64,000 nt of DNA, from positions 806,001-870,000 of the forward strand of contig JAKIMF020000013.1 in assembly GCA_022605425.2 (NCBI GenBank), written 5' to 3'. Below, one piece after another: positions 1 to 13,300 of the stretch (positions are counted from its first letter, which is position 1; every line of letters begins with the position of its first letter). This DNA is from Hamiltosporidium tvaerminnensis FI-OER-3-3. Its lineage: Eukaryota; Fungi; Microsporidia. Both the position numbers and the translations under genes were made by a program. The notes under the pieces are model-generated. The model did no database searches. It had not been told where the DNA came from and worked only from the letters and a program-made list of their open reading frames with translations.

Positions 1-2689
1 AGAACACAGCTTCATTTCGTGGCCTAATATTTCCTCTCTTTAGCCACCTTGAAGAGTCACTAACACTCACAAGCTCATTTTTTCTTGCATTATATAACTT
101 TGAATGGAGTTTTCGTTTTTCTATTTCGTTATATAGTTTTGCAAGTTGAGCTTCTTCTAAACTTTTCTTAGTGACTTCTTCTACCAACCTGTACTTTACT
201 TTTAAGAAGCCTTTTATTAGTGCAAGATGGGTTTTATTATTATTCTCCACCTTGAGGATTGCTGCTCGTCTAGTTGATATTTCTTTACTTTTTTCCAGAC
301 AATCCAAGAGTTGCAGAAGCATATGTTCGCTTCTCAACTCAACACTATGTAGGCCTCTTCCAAGTTCTGTTCTAGGAAGATACAACCGCTCTTTACATCC
401 TGGGCGGAGATGTATCTTATTTTTAACCAACACCGCACGCACTGCATCATCTAACTTAGAGAAGTCAGCCGGTTCAAGTCGAAGTACTCCTATGTGGTAG
501 TTGATTAACGATATCGCATGTTGATTGATTGCAGAAAATAAATTTTTTGCATTTAATCTAGTGTGACAAAGTCTTTCAACTCTTGATATAAGTTTGCTCT
601 GTACTTCTTCAAATGAGCTACGTGTTGGGATTCCTCTGCTGTCTTCTATTATTCCTAAATATTTGTAAACACTAACACCTTCTAGAAGAGTAGCAGTATC
701 TTCACAACACGTATCATTTGTGGCTGACTTCTCTTTGTTAATCTCTAAGCCAATCACCTCTAAAAATTCCTTTGCCTCGCCTGTCATAGCACTCAATGTG
801 GAGCTGTCTTTTGCAAGGAGCTTAAGATCATCAATAAACAAGAGATGATTAGTAGAATGGGATTCTGCATCTGTTTGTACTGTCACTTTTGTGTATTTTT
901 CATTAAGCTTTCGGCTTAATGGATCCATACACAACACAAATAACAAAGGTGACAGACTATCTCCTTGTAGAATCCCTCTATCAATCTTCTTGCTCATGAT
1001 TTTTTCAGGCCCTACTGATATATCAATTTTCCATTTTGATATAATTACCTTAATAAATTTCAGGATCCAATCAGGTAAATTAAGGTTTTCAATGCATTGA
1101 GTTAAATAAGCATGATCTATTGAATCATAAGCTTTTTTAACATCAATCCATGTTGCCTTAAGATTATTTCCATACTCTTTATTTAAGGCAATATTCAGTA
1201 GAGCCTGCTCTTTCGCTCCCTGCACACCTCTTACCGCCCCTAATTGGTTCTCTGCAAGCAACCCTCGCCTTTCCACTTCAAGTTGAACGACCTTTGTTAC
1301 ACACTTTGTCGTTAACTTGTAGAGGTTGGACATACAAGTGATTGGCCTGTAGTCAGAGCCTCTTCGTGGAATTCCTTTCGGTATCAAATACGTAAGCCCG
1401 CAGTAAAACCAATCAGCTTGAGGTGTTCCTTCTAAACATATAACTTTCACAATATCATAAAGATATTTGTGAAGAGTTGTAAGTTTCTTAATGAAAAAAT
1501 TGTAAATACCATCAATTCCAGCAGCTTTCCAATTGGGAAGCCAATTAATGATATTTACAAATTCATCAAGTGAAGGAAACGTGGTCGGATGATTATCTGA
1601 TACAAATGGAATCAAATAATCATCGTACGTGACTGTGTCATCATTTTTGTTCCACATTGTAGACCAAAAACTCACAATTTCATCACGGCTAACCACATGC
1701 TCAATTTCTACACGCTCAGATAACCCACGATAAAATCGACCTCGGAAAAGCTCAAACATACGATTCTCTTTTCGGAATTGCTTCCTACTTTCATGCATCG
1801 TAATTTTTTTCTCGTAAACATTCAAAGACTCATTCTTCTTAACTAAAGCCTCAGAAAGATCAGTTACGCTGCTCAAGTTTAAATTAAACTCTCGCATGAT
1901 TTTCTTAAGGCTCTTCGTTTCCGAAGTGGAGAGCTTTTCCTGCTTACGCGCCTTCTCGAGAAGATCTTTGGAAAGTACTAACTTAGAAATTTTACTTTCT
2001 ATGTTTTCCTTCCAAGCGGATCTAGGCTTTTCTTTGCGTGTTGCCTCGTCATAGCATACCTGCGCAGCTTGCATGATATACGCGGCTTCCGTAATTGACT
2101 CAGGTACATGAGCTCCTGCATATTCACCGACTACTCGATTAATGAGATCCAGAACTTTACTATCAACCAATTCATTTGGATGTTTTCTAGTTCGGACCAC
2201 CACTTTTCCAATTTCGTTCTCAGAGATTTCTTTGATTTTACTCAAGAATTTATCTCTCAGGTTTATGTACTCCGTGGTGTCGGTCAAGGTGCATGTATCA
2301 GCGAGACAAGTGGCGATTCTACGTCGCTCTCCATTCTCTTCTGATTTTACATCCTTTCCCATCTCACTTTGTGCCAATTTTTTTAACACTTCGAGAGTTT
2401 CAGTGCAGCCGAATTTCTCATTATAGTACCTGTGAAGCTCTGTCCAGCCATTTCTTGGCATTCTTTCAAACCTTGTCTGTACTGCAAAAAAAACAATTCG
2501 AGGCCATTCCTTCGGGTCGGCTGTTACGGAATCGAATATCGTCCGCAATGCCATTAGCCTGTTACCTTCTGGAATAGCTAGAGTACAGGGGCTTGTCATG
2601 TCGTACGATGGCTCGCACGCAGAGACTTCAACCGAAGAGGGAACTGGTGCATTAGGCGAAGGTAAGGTGTCAAGCCCACTATTTTGCAT
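1..2689 (-). CDS. Non-LTR retrotransposon (R4/Dong clade) reverse transcriptase ORF, 3' end runs off the window
   Basis: Manual minus-strand translation. First ATG is at 2689, after an in-frame TAG near 2843. The same frame gives WKAAGIDGIYNFFIK, YRPITCMSNLYKL, WIDVKKAYDSIDH, RGILQGDSLSPLLFVLCMDPLS, NHLLFIDDLKL (Phe codon at 838), YKYLG and SSRWLKRGNIRPRNEAVF at the window edge. It is absent from the ORF track, presumably because it has no stop in the window. Confidence 0.95.
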   Translation of the reverse strand, partial: MQNSGLDTLPSPNAPVPSSVEVSACEPSYDMTSPCTLAIPEGNRLMALRTIFDSVTADPKEWPRIVFFAVQTRFERMPRNGWTELHRYYNEKFGCTETLEVLKKLAQSEMGKDVKSEENGERRRIATCLADTCTLTDTTEYINLRDKFLSKIKEISENEIGKVVVRTRKHPNELVDSKVLDLINRVVGEYAGAHVPESITEAAYIMQAAQVCYDEATRKEKPRSAWKENIESKISKLVLSKDLLEKARKQEKLSTSETKSLKKIMREFNLNLSSVTDLSEALVKKNESLNVYEKKITMHESRKQFRKENRMFELFRGRFYRGLSERVEIEHVVSRDEIVSFWSTMWNKNDDTVTYDDYLIPFVSDNHPTTFPSLDEFVNIINWLPNWKAAGIDGIYNFFIKKLTTLHKYLYDIVKVICLEGTPQADWFYCGLTYLIPKGIPRRGSDYRPITCMSNLYKLTTKCVTKVVQLEVERRGLLAENQLGAVRGVQGAKEQALLNIALNKEYGNNLKATWIDVKKAYDSIDHAYLTQCIENLNLPDWILKFIKVIISKWKIDISVGPEKIMSKKIDRGILQGDSLSPLLFVLCMDPLSRKLNEKYTKVTVQTDAESHSTNHLLFIDDLKLLAKDSSTLSAMTGEAKEFLEVIGLEINKEKSATNDTCCEDTATLLEGVSVYKYLGIIEDSRGIPTRSSFEEVQSKLISRVERLCHTRLNAKNLFSAINQHAISLINYHIGVLRLEPADFSKLDDAVRAVLVKNKIHLRPGCKERLYLPRTELGRGLHSVELRSEHMLLQLLDCLEKSKEISTRRAAILKVENNNKTHLALIKGFLKVKYRLVEEVTKKSLEEAQLAKLYNEIEKRKLHSKLYNARKNELVSVSDSSRWLKRGNIRPRNEAVF

Positions 2690-3702
2690 TTTACTGCATG
2701 TTTGGCTTGGTGGTGGAGGTGTTATTGTTGTGTAGGAGGAGGAAGGTAGGGGAATCGCCGGTGGGTGTAGCTTACATTTTTGTATCTCACTATCACTCTT
2801 TTTCACCTCATCAGCGTCTGTTCTAAATATAAGATTAAATTCCTATAATATTTTATATACAGCTTTGATTTTTCTTTGGAGACTCTGCGTAGTCTTAAAA
2901 AAAGAAATTACCGCCCTTTGTGTGATTTTTGTATTAATGACAATGAATATCAAATAAAATAAAACATGTTTCTGATGTTATTCATTTGAGAATATACTGT
3001 TTTTTTATAAAATGTAACCTTTTTTTATGAGATTTATTTAATGTAAATTAAGCTTATTTGTAATTTGAATCATAAATATAAAATGTTCTTTGGAAAAAAT
3101 TTACAAAATGTGGTTGATCAATCATAAGAGTTTACGATTAAATATATTGATTTTCTTTTTTCGTACGTTAAGAAACTGTTTCCAATATTATTTATTATAT
3201 TATTTTCGAAATATTTAATCCATGCTCATTGTGCTGGTGTTCAAACGATTCTGAAGCAGAAAATCGCAACAAAGGATATCTGCTAAGGAATATATATTCA
3301 ATTAATATTTGTTTATTATTCTGTATTCATTGGTACTAAACTTTGCAGTATCACTTTTTGTGATTAAACATTTTTGTCTTGTGCAAAACTAAATGCTAAT
3401 TAACGCGTTCTTAAATTTTCCAGTTTCCTCTCAATTATATTTTTTGTAAGTCTGGCTATTCAAATGCCCGTTAAAACATTTTTTAGGTGTAGTTTTAGTG
3501 TTTCAATGCGAATATATTTAATTTACTATTATATTAACCCGAGCTAACTTTTACACTATCTCTTACTTTGCAATTGTATATCATGTTATAACCTATAATG
3601 GAACAGAAAAAACTATTTCAATCAAAGCTTTTAATTATTCAAGCCCGTTCCTCATGTTAAGAGCTTTATTGCTAAAACGTTGCATCTATTTTTTTATAGC
3701 CA

Positions 3703-4418
3703 TTTTAATTGCAAAATATCACATCTTTTTTTAAAACGCTGTCAAATTCTATATTTGTTTTAACAAAATTAACGCAATTTCGAATTAAAACAAATAACTG
3801 CTACCTCACCAGACATCATTGGCCTCACGATACCTAAATCTCGTAGCCTTTCATTTAGAAAATAAGTAGGACTCAATTAATGAGCGAGAACGTTACCCGG
3901 AGTTTTTTAATGCCTATTAAAAAGAGTGCATGAAAGACCAACACACACTCTTGGTTCCCCCAGACTATGGTGTATATTCATCTAATCCATCTTGTCTCAA
4001 CGTCATAAACTTCTAGCTAAGAAATATTTTTGAAACTTACATAAGATCCACTTAGATATGTAGTGTAATACAGACTGGTATAACCTGCCTCCTAGCTTTC
4101 TCAGATTTTTTCTATAGTTTTATATCTCTGAGGTGCTAAGTCCTTCAGCTCAAGTAATCAAAGCTAGATTTCTATGCTTCACCTGTTTAATATTTTCAAT
4201 TTCAGCCGCGGTCTCTGATCGAATTACACAGAAACTACAAATTAAGCCTAAAAAGGTTTAGCTTTTTCATAGAACTTCTCGTCTTTATACAAATTCTATA
4301 TAAATCTTAGAAGGTTAGTAGTTTTTTATTTATTAAAAAACCCAAAAATTATTTTCACACCATTTTATATACACACTGCCAAGCAGATAGTTTTTTAAAA
4401 TGTTATTTCCGATCCACC
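3703..4418 (-). mobile_element. Family A interspersed repeat, copy A1 (old, diverged)
   Basis: Collinear matches to 22098-22825, including atatcacatctttt, aaataactgctacc, cccggagtt, aaacttctagctaaga, ggtataacctgc and tgccaagcagatag...tccacc. Confidence 0.8.
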
Positions 4419-6717
4419 ATTTCTTAAAAAGGAAAATGTAGTCAAATTTAAATTTCAAACGTTAAGAATACTTAGCTAAAAAAAACTAGATATATCTATC
4501 ATTATCAAAGCAAATTATTTATCGGTTTAAAAAATCTTTGACTCTAGCTTCGTAAAATCTTGTACTAATATGACCACATTTATCTAGTGTATTCCAAAAC
4601 TTCATTTTTTTGCGCTCATATATGCACTGATTTTCGATTTTTTTAGATTTCTTTTTTAATAAATATATCGGAGACATTGGCTTTTTAGAATTTAAAAATA
4701 CTATGGATACATGCTAACTAGCAAATGATAACGAAGACTTTTTGTGAATAAAAGACTATAGATATTTCTGGATAAATACGTATTTTAGATAAATTTCATT
4801 ACTGTATAATTTATCTTTGGTTATTCGTTGTTGATAGGATAAAAAATATACACTAAGTATAAACGTTTCAAAAGCCTTTACAAAAAAATGTAAACATTCA
4901 TGTATTGAATATTAAGTATATTTCAAAAATATTCATACAAAACAATTAAAAGATTACAGTTACAACGTCAAAAACACTTATTGATGAAATAATACTGTAA
5001 AAAAAATCAAATAAAATATTGTATGAAATTATTTAAACAAACAAGATTCATGAAGCTCGTGCAAATATTCATTTATTTTAAAAATTTAGATAGAAAATGT
5101 AATTTTCTATTTTTTTAATTATATTATGTATTTTTAGCTTTTACATCGATTTAAACCAAATATTTCATAATAAAAATTAAATTAGACTGTTGGATGTTTC
5201 TGTTGATCAAAAAAAATATTTGTTTTAACTATATAATATGTTATGTATGTAATTCACTTACCATTTTTTTTAAACTACATTGTTTCAAACACAAATCGTA
5301 CAAAATTGCGGAATGAATAAGCAGATCAGTTGGAATCTATAGCATATTAGTTAAGGATTTTTTCGTTTTTGATGTGTAACTTATAATTTTGATATCAAAA
5401 CATGCATTATATGCAAAAAAATTTATTTAAAAATACTCTATGAAATGCCAAAGAAGTGTTTTTTAGGTTAAAAAGATCAAATTAAAATTGTATTTAGTAA
5501 ATTTTAATTTTGACACATCTTTGGATTATTTTATGCTTTTCAAACAATATTTTGTACTATTTTACGAGGTTATTCAATACAGACAATATAATTTTAAAAT
5601 TTAATTAAAAGTGGCACCATTTATTTCATATTCTTGAGAAAAATGTATAAGTATATTTGAAAAAAGGTTTACATATGGTATTTTTTAAAAAAATCAAAAC
5701 ACTTTCAAAATTAGCGGAGATATTATTCAAGTGATAAAATTATAATGAACCGAAGAATTTCGATATTTGAGTGTATAAAATATGATCAAAGAATTTTTTT
5801 TACCATAAACAGTTTAAAATTTTATAATTAAAAGCATTTCTGTATAAAACTTATAATTTATTTGTTCTGGATAGATGTAAAAAACGTCTTATTGGCTAAG
5901 GCCACTAAAAAACCTAACTTTTGAAAAAACGGTTTACCGATGATATTATTTTAATAATTACTTTCATGACCAGGCATTTGTATAGCATAAGAAAAAAAAA
6001 TAACAATACTTTTTTTACCTTCTTCATTGTTTTCGTAATTTTATAAAAACTAAAATTTTTATGTTTAATCAAAAGGTTTAACTTAATAGTGCGTAAAAAA
6101 ATAAATTTTTTCAGGTTTGGTAGTAACTATTATATTGATTTAGATCGTGTGAAACCAAACACCATATTTGATGCATTTTAATGTACATTGTTATGATATC
6201 CTGGATGAAATGTTTAGATTATTTTTACTTAGCCGAATTCTTAGTGGAATAGCTAAATAAAAACAATTTTGAAGATTCAGAAAGCGTGGCTTTTTTATTG
6301 CAAAATAACGATTAATTTTATTCAAAAATATTGTATATTTTTAGTAAATTATATTTGAATTGGTTATGAATTACACGATTTGGTTGTCTAAAGAAATTTG
6401 AAATATAGGCATGTGTTTCAAAAGAAAAAGAATTGCATATTAAAATATTATTTAACAGAAATTTACAAAAAAAAATTATTGTGAAGCCATAAGGCTCGTA
6501 TGATGATAATTATATGCTTCGGCTTCCATAATTCTAAAAATGCAATTATATATACAATATAAATTTAATTTGGAAAATTTTTTTTAATACAATATCTGAC
6601 TGTAAACAAAAGTTCATTTGCATTACCTTCTAAATTGGTTATATTCAAAAATTATGAAATTTTCTTGAATTTTTGTGTTATCCACACTCGGTTTCCTTTG
6701 CTATTCATATCAAAACA

Positions 6718-6935
6718 TATATATTCCATTCTTGTTTACCTGCTCAGTGTCAAGAATAATAAAATAAAAGTTTACATTTTTTTCTTTTCATCTGTTGTAA
6801 CTCAAGAAATTATAAACATTTCAGATAATTTAGTGTTTAGTGCCTCTCAAAACAAACACTACAAGGATCTTCACATAAATTGTACGCACTCATTGCCAAG
6901 CAGATAGATTATAATGCAGAATACCCTACCTCTGC
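6718..6935 (-). mobile_element. Family B SINE-like repeat, copy B1
   Basis: Tail tattccattcttgtttacctgctcagtgtcaag and head cactcattgccaagcagatag match 50007-50230. Confidence 0.7.
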
Positions 6936-7111
6936 TTTATAATTTATTTAAATAATGCTTATTCGGATATAAAAAATTTGATTCTCGGGTTAAGTGTAAT
7001 CATCTATACACATACCTTATAAAACAATATGATACTAGTCAGTCGATTTTTATAAAGAAAAATTCGTTAATCATATAGGTTAGGTAAATCAAGGTAACGG
7101 TTTTGTTTCAA

Positions 7112-7341
7112 TACTTACGTAATTACTTATTCTATCCCTCTTTTATCTCTCGGTGTCGAAGATGAAAAACTAGAAAATTTCAATCTGCTTCTTTTAATCT
7201 GTTGTTACTCTGGATTATAAGGGATTGGCCTAAAGGTTTAATGTGGTTTATATCCTACCGAAATTTCAACAATGCCTTACTCATCAATTTCACACAATCA
7301 TTGACAATAAGATAGTTTTTAAAGTGGTTTTTCCTTCTACC
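7112..7341 (-). mobile_element. Family B SINE-like repeat, copy B2
   Basis: acttattctatccctcttttatctctcggtgtcgaagatgaa...gattggcct...gtggtttatatcc...cacacaatcattgacaa...gtggtttttccttctacc is collinear with B5. Confidence 0.8.
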
Positions 7342-10300
7342 TTCGTTTTAATACATACTGAATTTAAAACGTTTCCTATCAAACAACCCATTCTGTATAT
7401 AAATTTAAATTGTTTCGATCTTTCGCATTATAGATCTAATGATGACACAAATTATCTAATAGCTCATATTTAGCGCCCTCTGAGATTATAATACATATTA
7501 TTATCATATAAAAGCCCAATAATATCCATTTATTAATCGAATTTTAATATGTATTAAGTTTTTTGATCAATAAGTCGTTGAATTCGAACAAGTTTCGATT
7601 GTAAGACTTTTAGTTTTTCAAAAACTAACCAGTACGATGTTTTGACCTATGACAACAATTCGATGTCAATCTTTCAGGTTGCTAACAAAATCTTTGAAAT
7701 TTTATATTTTGCGCAAAGAAAAAATTAGGCTAATTTTTAGACATTTAAAGGGGTGCTTAGAGTATAAAGGCATGTTTTGTAAATACGATTATCATTTAAA
7801 AATAGGCAAAGATCTTTGCTAAATATATATGGTAGGATAAATATTATTGTGAAGAGATGGCTAACAACATTAAAATCTTTCTAGTATGCACTGAGTTGTA
7901 AAATTGATGTAAAAATCATTGTTTCTATTATAGGAATATAAACTAAAAAAGATAATAGACTAATCTCATATTGTCCGAGGAATATTATTTTCCGGGTATT
8001 ATACAATCCTTTAGAGCGCGCTTTATTCAAATTATTATAACCTAATTTATCAGACTAGGGTTAAAATATACTAAACGCTAATAAAAATACAAAGAATATC
8101 AGTAAAAGAGTTGCGTTGAAGTTCATATAAAAATATTTGGCAAAATAGGGATTTGAATTGGTCTCTTATTTAAAATATTTTTTCTGGTTTGCCTCATTTT
8201 TAAGCAGTAAATACAAAGAAGTGCGGAAGGATTGCAGCATGTAAAAAATGCTCATTTCATATAGGCTTTTTGTCAAATTCTTAGCTTTTAATCACAGCAA
8301 CAGACTGCGTGATTTTAAATTTTGCCCAACCGGCATCAACTAAGAGTACAATTTAAGAATGGAGATCAATATGGGAAAACTCTTACAAATAATACGTCTA
8401 ATTAATGAATTGTTCCTTTCATATACAAAAGAATAGTATAGAAAAGCTACAGAAATCAAATAATATTTTTTTAAAGAATAGAACCAAACTTTTCAAGAAT
8501 AAAAAGCCGATTTACTGTAACTATACGCATGGGGTTTGTTTAAAGCAATTTAGTCATTGGCACCATATTCACTTAACTAAAATACGAAAGGTAGTTCTAC
8601 TTCTACGAATCGACTGACTTTTTTGGGAGTTATTATTTATCAAAGCGTGTAAGTGCGATGCATTATACGTCTATAATCATTCATCAAAACCATGCGAATC
8701 CTCCCACAATAGGGCTTAAAAGATATCTTCATGTGTTAAAATACATGTTGCACAGGTTATCCTTAAACATTTAGACTATGAAAACAATCGACTTGGACAA
8801 CTGAACATCAATAAATTGACGAGGTGAAAACGGCAATAATAAGCTATTCAGCATACATAAAAAGCATCTGAAAATTGAATATATCCTACTAAGATTTAGT
8901 CATAATAATCCTTGCATATTTTTAGAGTTAATTTGACAATCCTACCTGAAAATTACAAAACCATATTCGACGTGTATAATTTACAACAAAATTCTCCGGT
9001 AATTATTCTGAGTATATCCTAATCGGCTAAAAGAAAGAAACACATGCTGGAAAAAAGCCGTAGTCTATTATATTAACCACGAAAATATATAAAGGACAAA
9101 GAAATAGCGGTTTAGCTAAGAATATATGAAATAATTCTATTATTTCTATCTACCTAGTTTGATATATTTTATTGTAGTCTAAATATCTAATTTGGTTTGA
9201 ATCTAAAAAATCATAAAAATTATTCGCACAATTTTATAAAGACCAAAATTCACAATGCTGTAAAAATCTAGCAGTTATATCAAAATTTTGTATTTGCAAT
9301 CGACAATAAATATTTATGACATCATAAGCCTTTACAATACTTTAACCCTATTCTATGGTGTGCAAATGACTCAGATGTACGACTTGTTTGCCGATGGACA
9401 TTATACTTATAATTCATTAAGTTTATTTAAGCATTATGAGATATTTTGTAATTTTTTCTTTGAAGAATATCATAAGTTTTAGCATAAACGGTATAAATAC
9501 CCATAAAACCAAATGTATTATAATTAAAATTATTCATTTCATCTACGAATAGAAATAGTGTTATGTCTGATTATTCATTATATGTTTAAGCGCGCGGTCC
9601 TATGATAATAAATCGCAAGAATATGCAATCTATAGAGGTTTTTAAGTCTGGTATCAGAGAAAATAGCGATTTTGATGACTGTGAACGAAAAAATTTAAAA
9701 TTTAAAATTACGAAATTAAACATCCGCGATATATATTCTTTGGATAATTACAGATATGAAAGAGTGCACAAAACCATAACAAAAACTTCGAGTATTCATA
9801 GAAAGCTAATTATTCTTGATAAAATATTTAACTTAAAATGAATAATTCTGGCACCTTTGATATATTATATTTATTATACGAAATTTATACTTAGAGATAT
9901 ATTATATTTGAAAGTAAATTTATAAGTGAAATTCCAAAAAATTAATATAAAATATTGTATGCAAAAAAATATTATAAAGTCGCTTGGTATATGACTATAC
10001 GTTTTGAAGGTATTTTAGGTTCCTGAACAAATAGTACAACTTAAGAGATTTCCAAATCTTTAGAAATTATTGGTAAAATCAATATGATAAGATTTTCAAC
10101 TTATAACACAAAGAATTTTAAAACAAGAAACATATGTTTTTTTTACTTATGAGAAAGCTAATTTATAGGCTTAACCAAATTTATTCTGTAAATATAAAAA
10201 TTCTATAGATTTTCACAAATAATTACAATCTAGAAATTCTAGGAAGCAATGTTTTTCAATTTTCAAAATATTTAGTTGTAATAAATTTATAGAGTTTTAA

Positions 10301-13300
10301 GAAAATAAAAATCTTAACATGTAAAGGAATTCGAAACTAAATGTATAACATATTGCATTCCAATGATCAAATTGAATTTAGAAGCTAAAAGAAGCAAAGA
10401 TATCTAGCCATTAAGACAGTACTTGGGATAATAAGTCAAATGCATGCACATTTTGTGTTTTAATCTAATACTAAAAAACATAAAGAAAGTTTAAGATTAT
10501 AGATTAAATCATTAAAATATGAACATAAAAATTAGAAGGTTTTAATGAATTTATCGCAATAAACCCACTAAGAGAAGAACTAATTTTATATTATATCCAT
10601 AAAATCCTAGTGAGTATTCAGAAAAACAATATTTTATGAAAAGAGCATTTTAAATCCCATTTTTGGGGTTTTTTTGGAATATATGTTTCACTGCCTACCC
10701 ACCGAACCTGCTTTTATAGTAGACAATTGATAAATTCGTTTTTAAAGATATTATATCTTAAAATATATATTCTATTGCAAGTAAAACCGTATAATATAAT
10801 ATTCATTTATAACTGTCATCAAACAGTTATGCGATTGCTTATATGTCCCATTTAAGTATCTCGTCTACTTTAAATATAGATATATCTGATACGCGATTCT
10901 TCGATGTATCTATGATTTTTTAATATGCGAAAAGTTTTCGTTTAGGTTATTGGAAATGATTCTTGGTAGTAAACCAATCTAATTATTTTCCAATGAACTA
11001 TAAAAATGTAAATTATGAATTTATTTATGAAAAACACGGACTTTACTTCGATAATATCTTTATGTTATTCTTTTTAGATTTTCTTTCAACATTCTTATAC
11101 ATAAATTGCTCTTATGATATAACCAAATAAGATTAAGGAATGTAAATGCTTAAGTCACGATTCTTTTTACATATTTTTAACAGAACTACATAAGAGAAAT
11201 ACATTAGTAGTCAAGTTTGGACAGTCTAGTGTCAATTCTAGGATATTTTGAATTTCTCTGGTGATTCCTGCACAAATATTTATGTTTTAATATTGGATTT
11301 TTGTTTAATTGAATGTGTATAAATAAGATGGAATAATTCGAACAAGTGATTGATATATCAGAGTTATTAAGAATATTCTTGGTAGTTTCAGACGCACATG
11401 ATAAAAGAAATTGTGACGAAATTTGTGACTATCTTTTTTGATCAAAGCATAAATAAATCTACGCAAACAAATTTTACATTACGTATACTTTAAACAAAAA
11501 AAATATATTTGTATTTAGATTAAAAATATTATTTACAATACAGAAAACACAATTTTAGATTCTTAGCAGTTTAGGAAATATGAACAAATAACATCATGTA
11601 AAGATCATATAATACACTTGGGTTATACTAAGACATTTAAATTTTATTTTTGTTCAATGTAGCATGCTAGAATTTTCTTTCGTGGAAATCTTTTACAGTA
11701 CATTTTTTTAAAAAAAAATAAATATTTATACACAATATTAAAAAATCAATAAACAGAAATATACTGCGCTAATGAATATATAAACAAATATTTCGAAAAC
11801 TATATAAATGAAAAAAGAAAAACTTCTATATTCAGAGGAATATCTTGTGTAATTGCTATAAATGCGAAAATGATATATCGTGTATATTTATGTGAAAATC
11901 CAAATATTTTGCAAATCGTAGACGTAATAAAATTAGATAAATTATTTAAACACCCTATATGAAATACTGAATATATGCCAATGACAAAAACTTATTATAT
12001 GATAAATAAATTCCTAATAAGACATCTTTTCTGATCTAAATATTTTCGAAAAATATCCATAGATAGAAATAGTTCCGCATATAAAGTAAGATTTTTTTAA
12101 TAATATACATTCTGTTCCATTAAAAATCTAAATATTTGAATAATATAATATCTAGAGAATGCTTTTAACAATACAATTTATTAAATTCCCTGAATGTAAA
12201 CTTCTTTGTATATATGGCAGATAACAATTGATTCTCCAATTACTAAACACAGAGTAGAAATCTTTGAATCTAAATGTTTGGTATGCGACTTTGAAAAACA
12301 TATATAGTTTACTTAAACTTAGAAACGCTAATATAATCAGAATTTAAATTAATGTATGTATTTAGTTAAAGAGTATATTTAGCAAAAAGACTAATATATT
12401 TAAAACAATGTAAGCAACGCAAGTTTAAATAATATTGACTGTTTAGCAAAAATATTTTCTATACCAGCTAAATATAAGCATATTATACTAGTTTCTTTAT
12501 TTGATATGCTATCTTTTTACTTAACTATTAAAATGTTAATAGTGATTTACATTTTTTTATTATGATAATAATTTGTGGTTTTATTACCGAACAATTATTA
12601 AACATTGAAAATAAATCGAGCTTTAGTAAATATTTCACATTATTATTCGTGCGCGCATGTTTCAAAGACTTAAAATTGGAAAATATAATATAACTCATGT
12701 TACAAATTAAATTTTTCTCTTTGGTAGAATTAATGAATTTTTTTGATGCTTATGTGTTTATGAGGCAAATACATCTTTTTGGCATGGGATTATCGTTATG
12801 CCATCATACTCTATGATTTTGCAATAGTGGGAAAATAAAACCATAATACGTATAAAATATCTAATAAAAGCGTAGACGTAGTAAAAGGCATTCAATTAAA
12901 AGAACAGAAATAAAACATAAAACTTTATACAAGATTTATACATTCGATTTATAGATTCGCTACAAGTTAGATTCTTTATATTATATTTCAATTTTACAAT
13001 AAAACACGGTCAATACCAAAAATAATGTTAAAATAAATTCAAATTTTTAACGTAATTATTTTTCCAAAAAAAATTGTAGAATCTAAATATCATGGTATTT
13101 TTTTCTAAACTATGTGGTCTAGATTGGACACAAAATATCTTTAAATTGGGTAGTTATGATTTCTTTGAAAAAAAAGAATTAAAGTAACTTTCGAATCAAT
13201 CATGTATGTTGTGGTTCTGAAATTTGCTTTATATAAAAATAAAAGGAATTTTAAGGGGACTTGTATCTTTTTCATCAATCAATATTTACATCCGAAATTT

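Noticed and set aside
171-2577. Plus-strand ORFs 171-500, 891-1100, 2108-2344, 2142-2426 and 2293-2577
   Set aside because: Antisense shadows of the minus-strand RT ORF.
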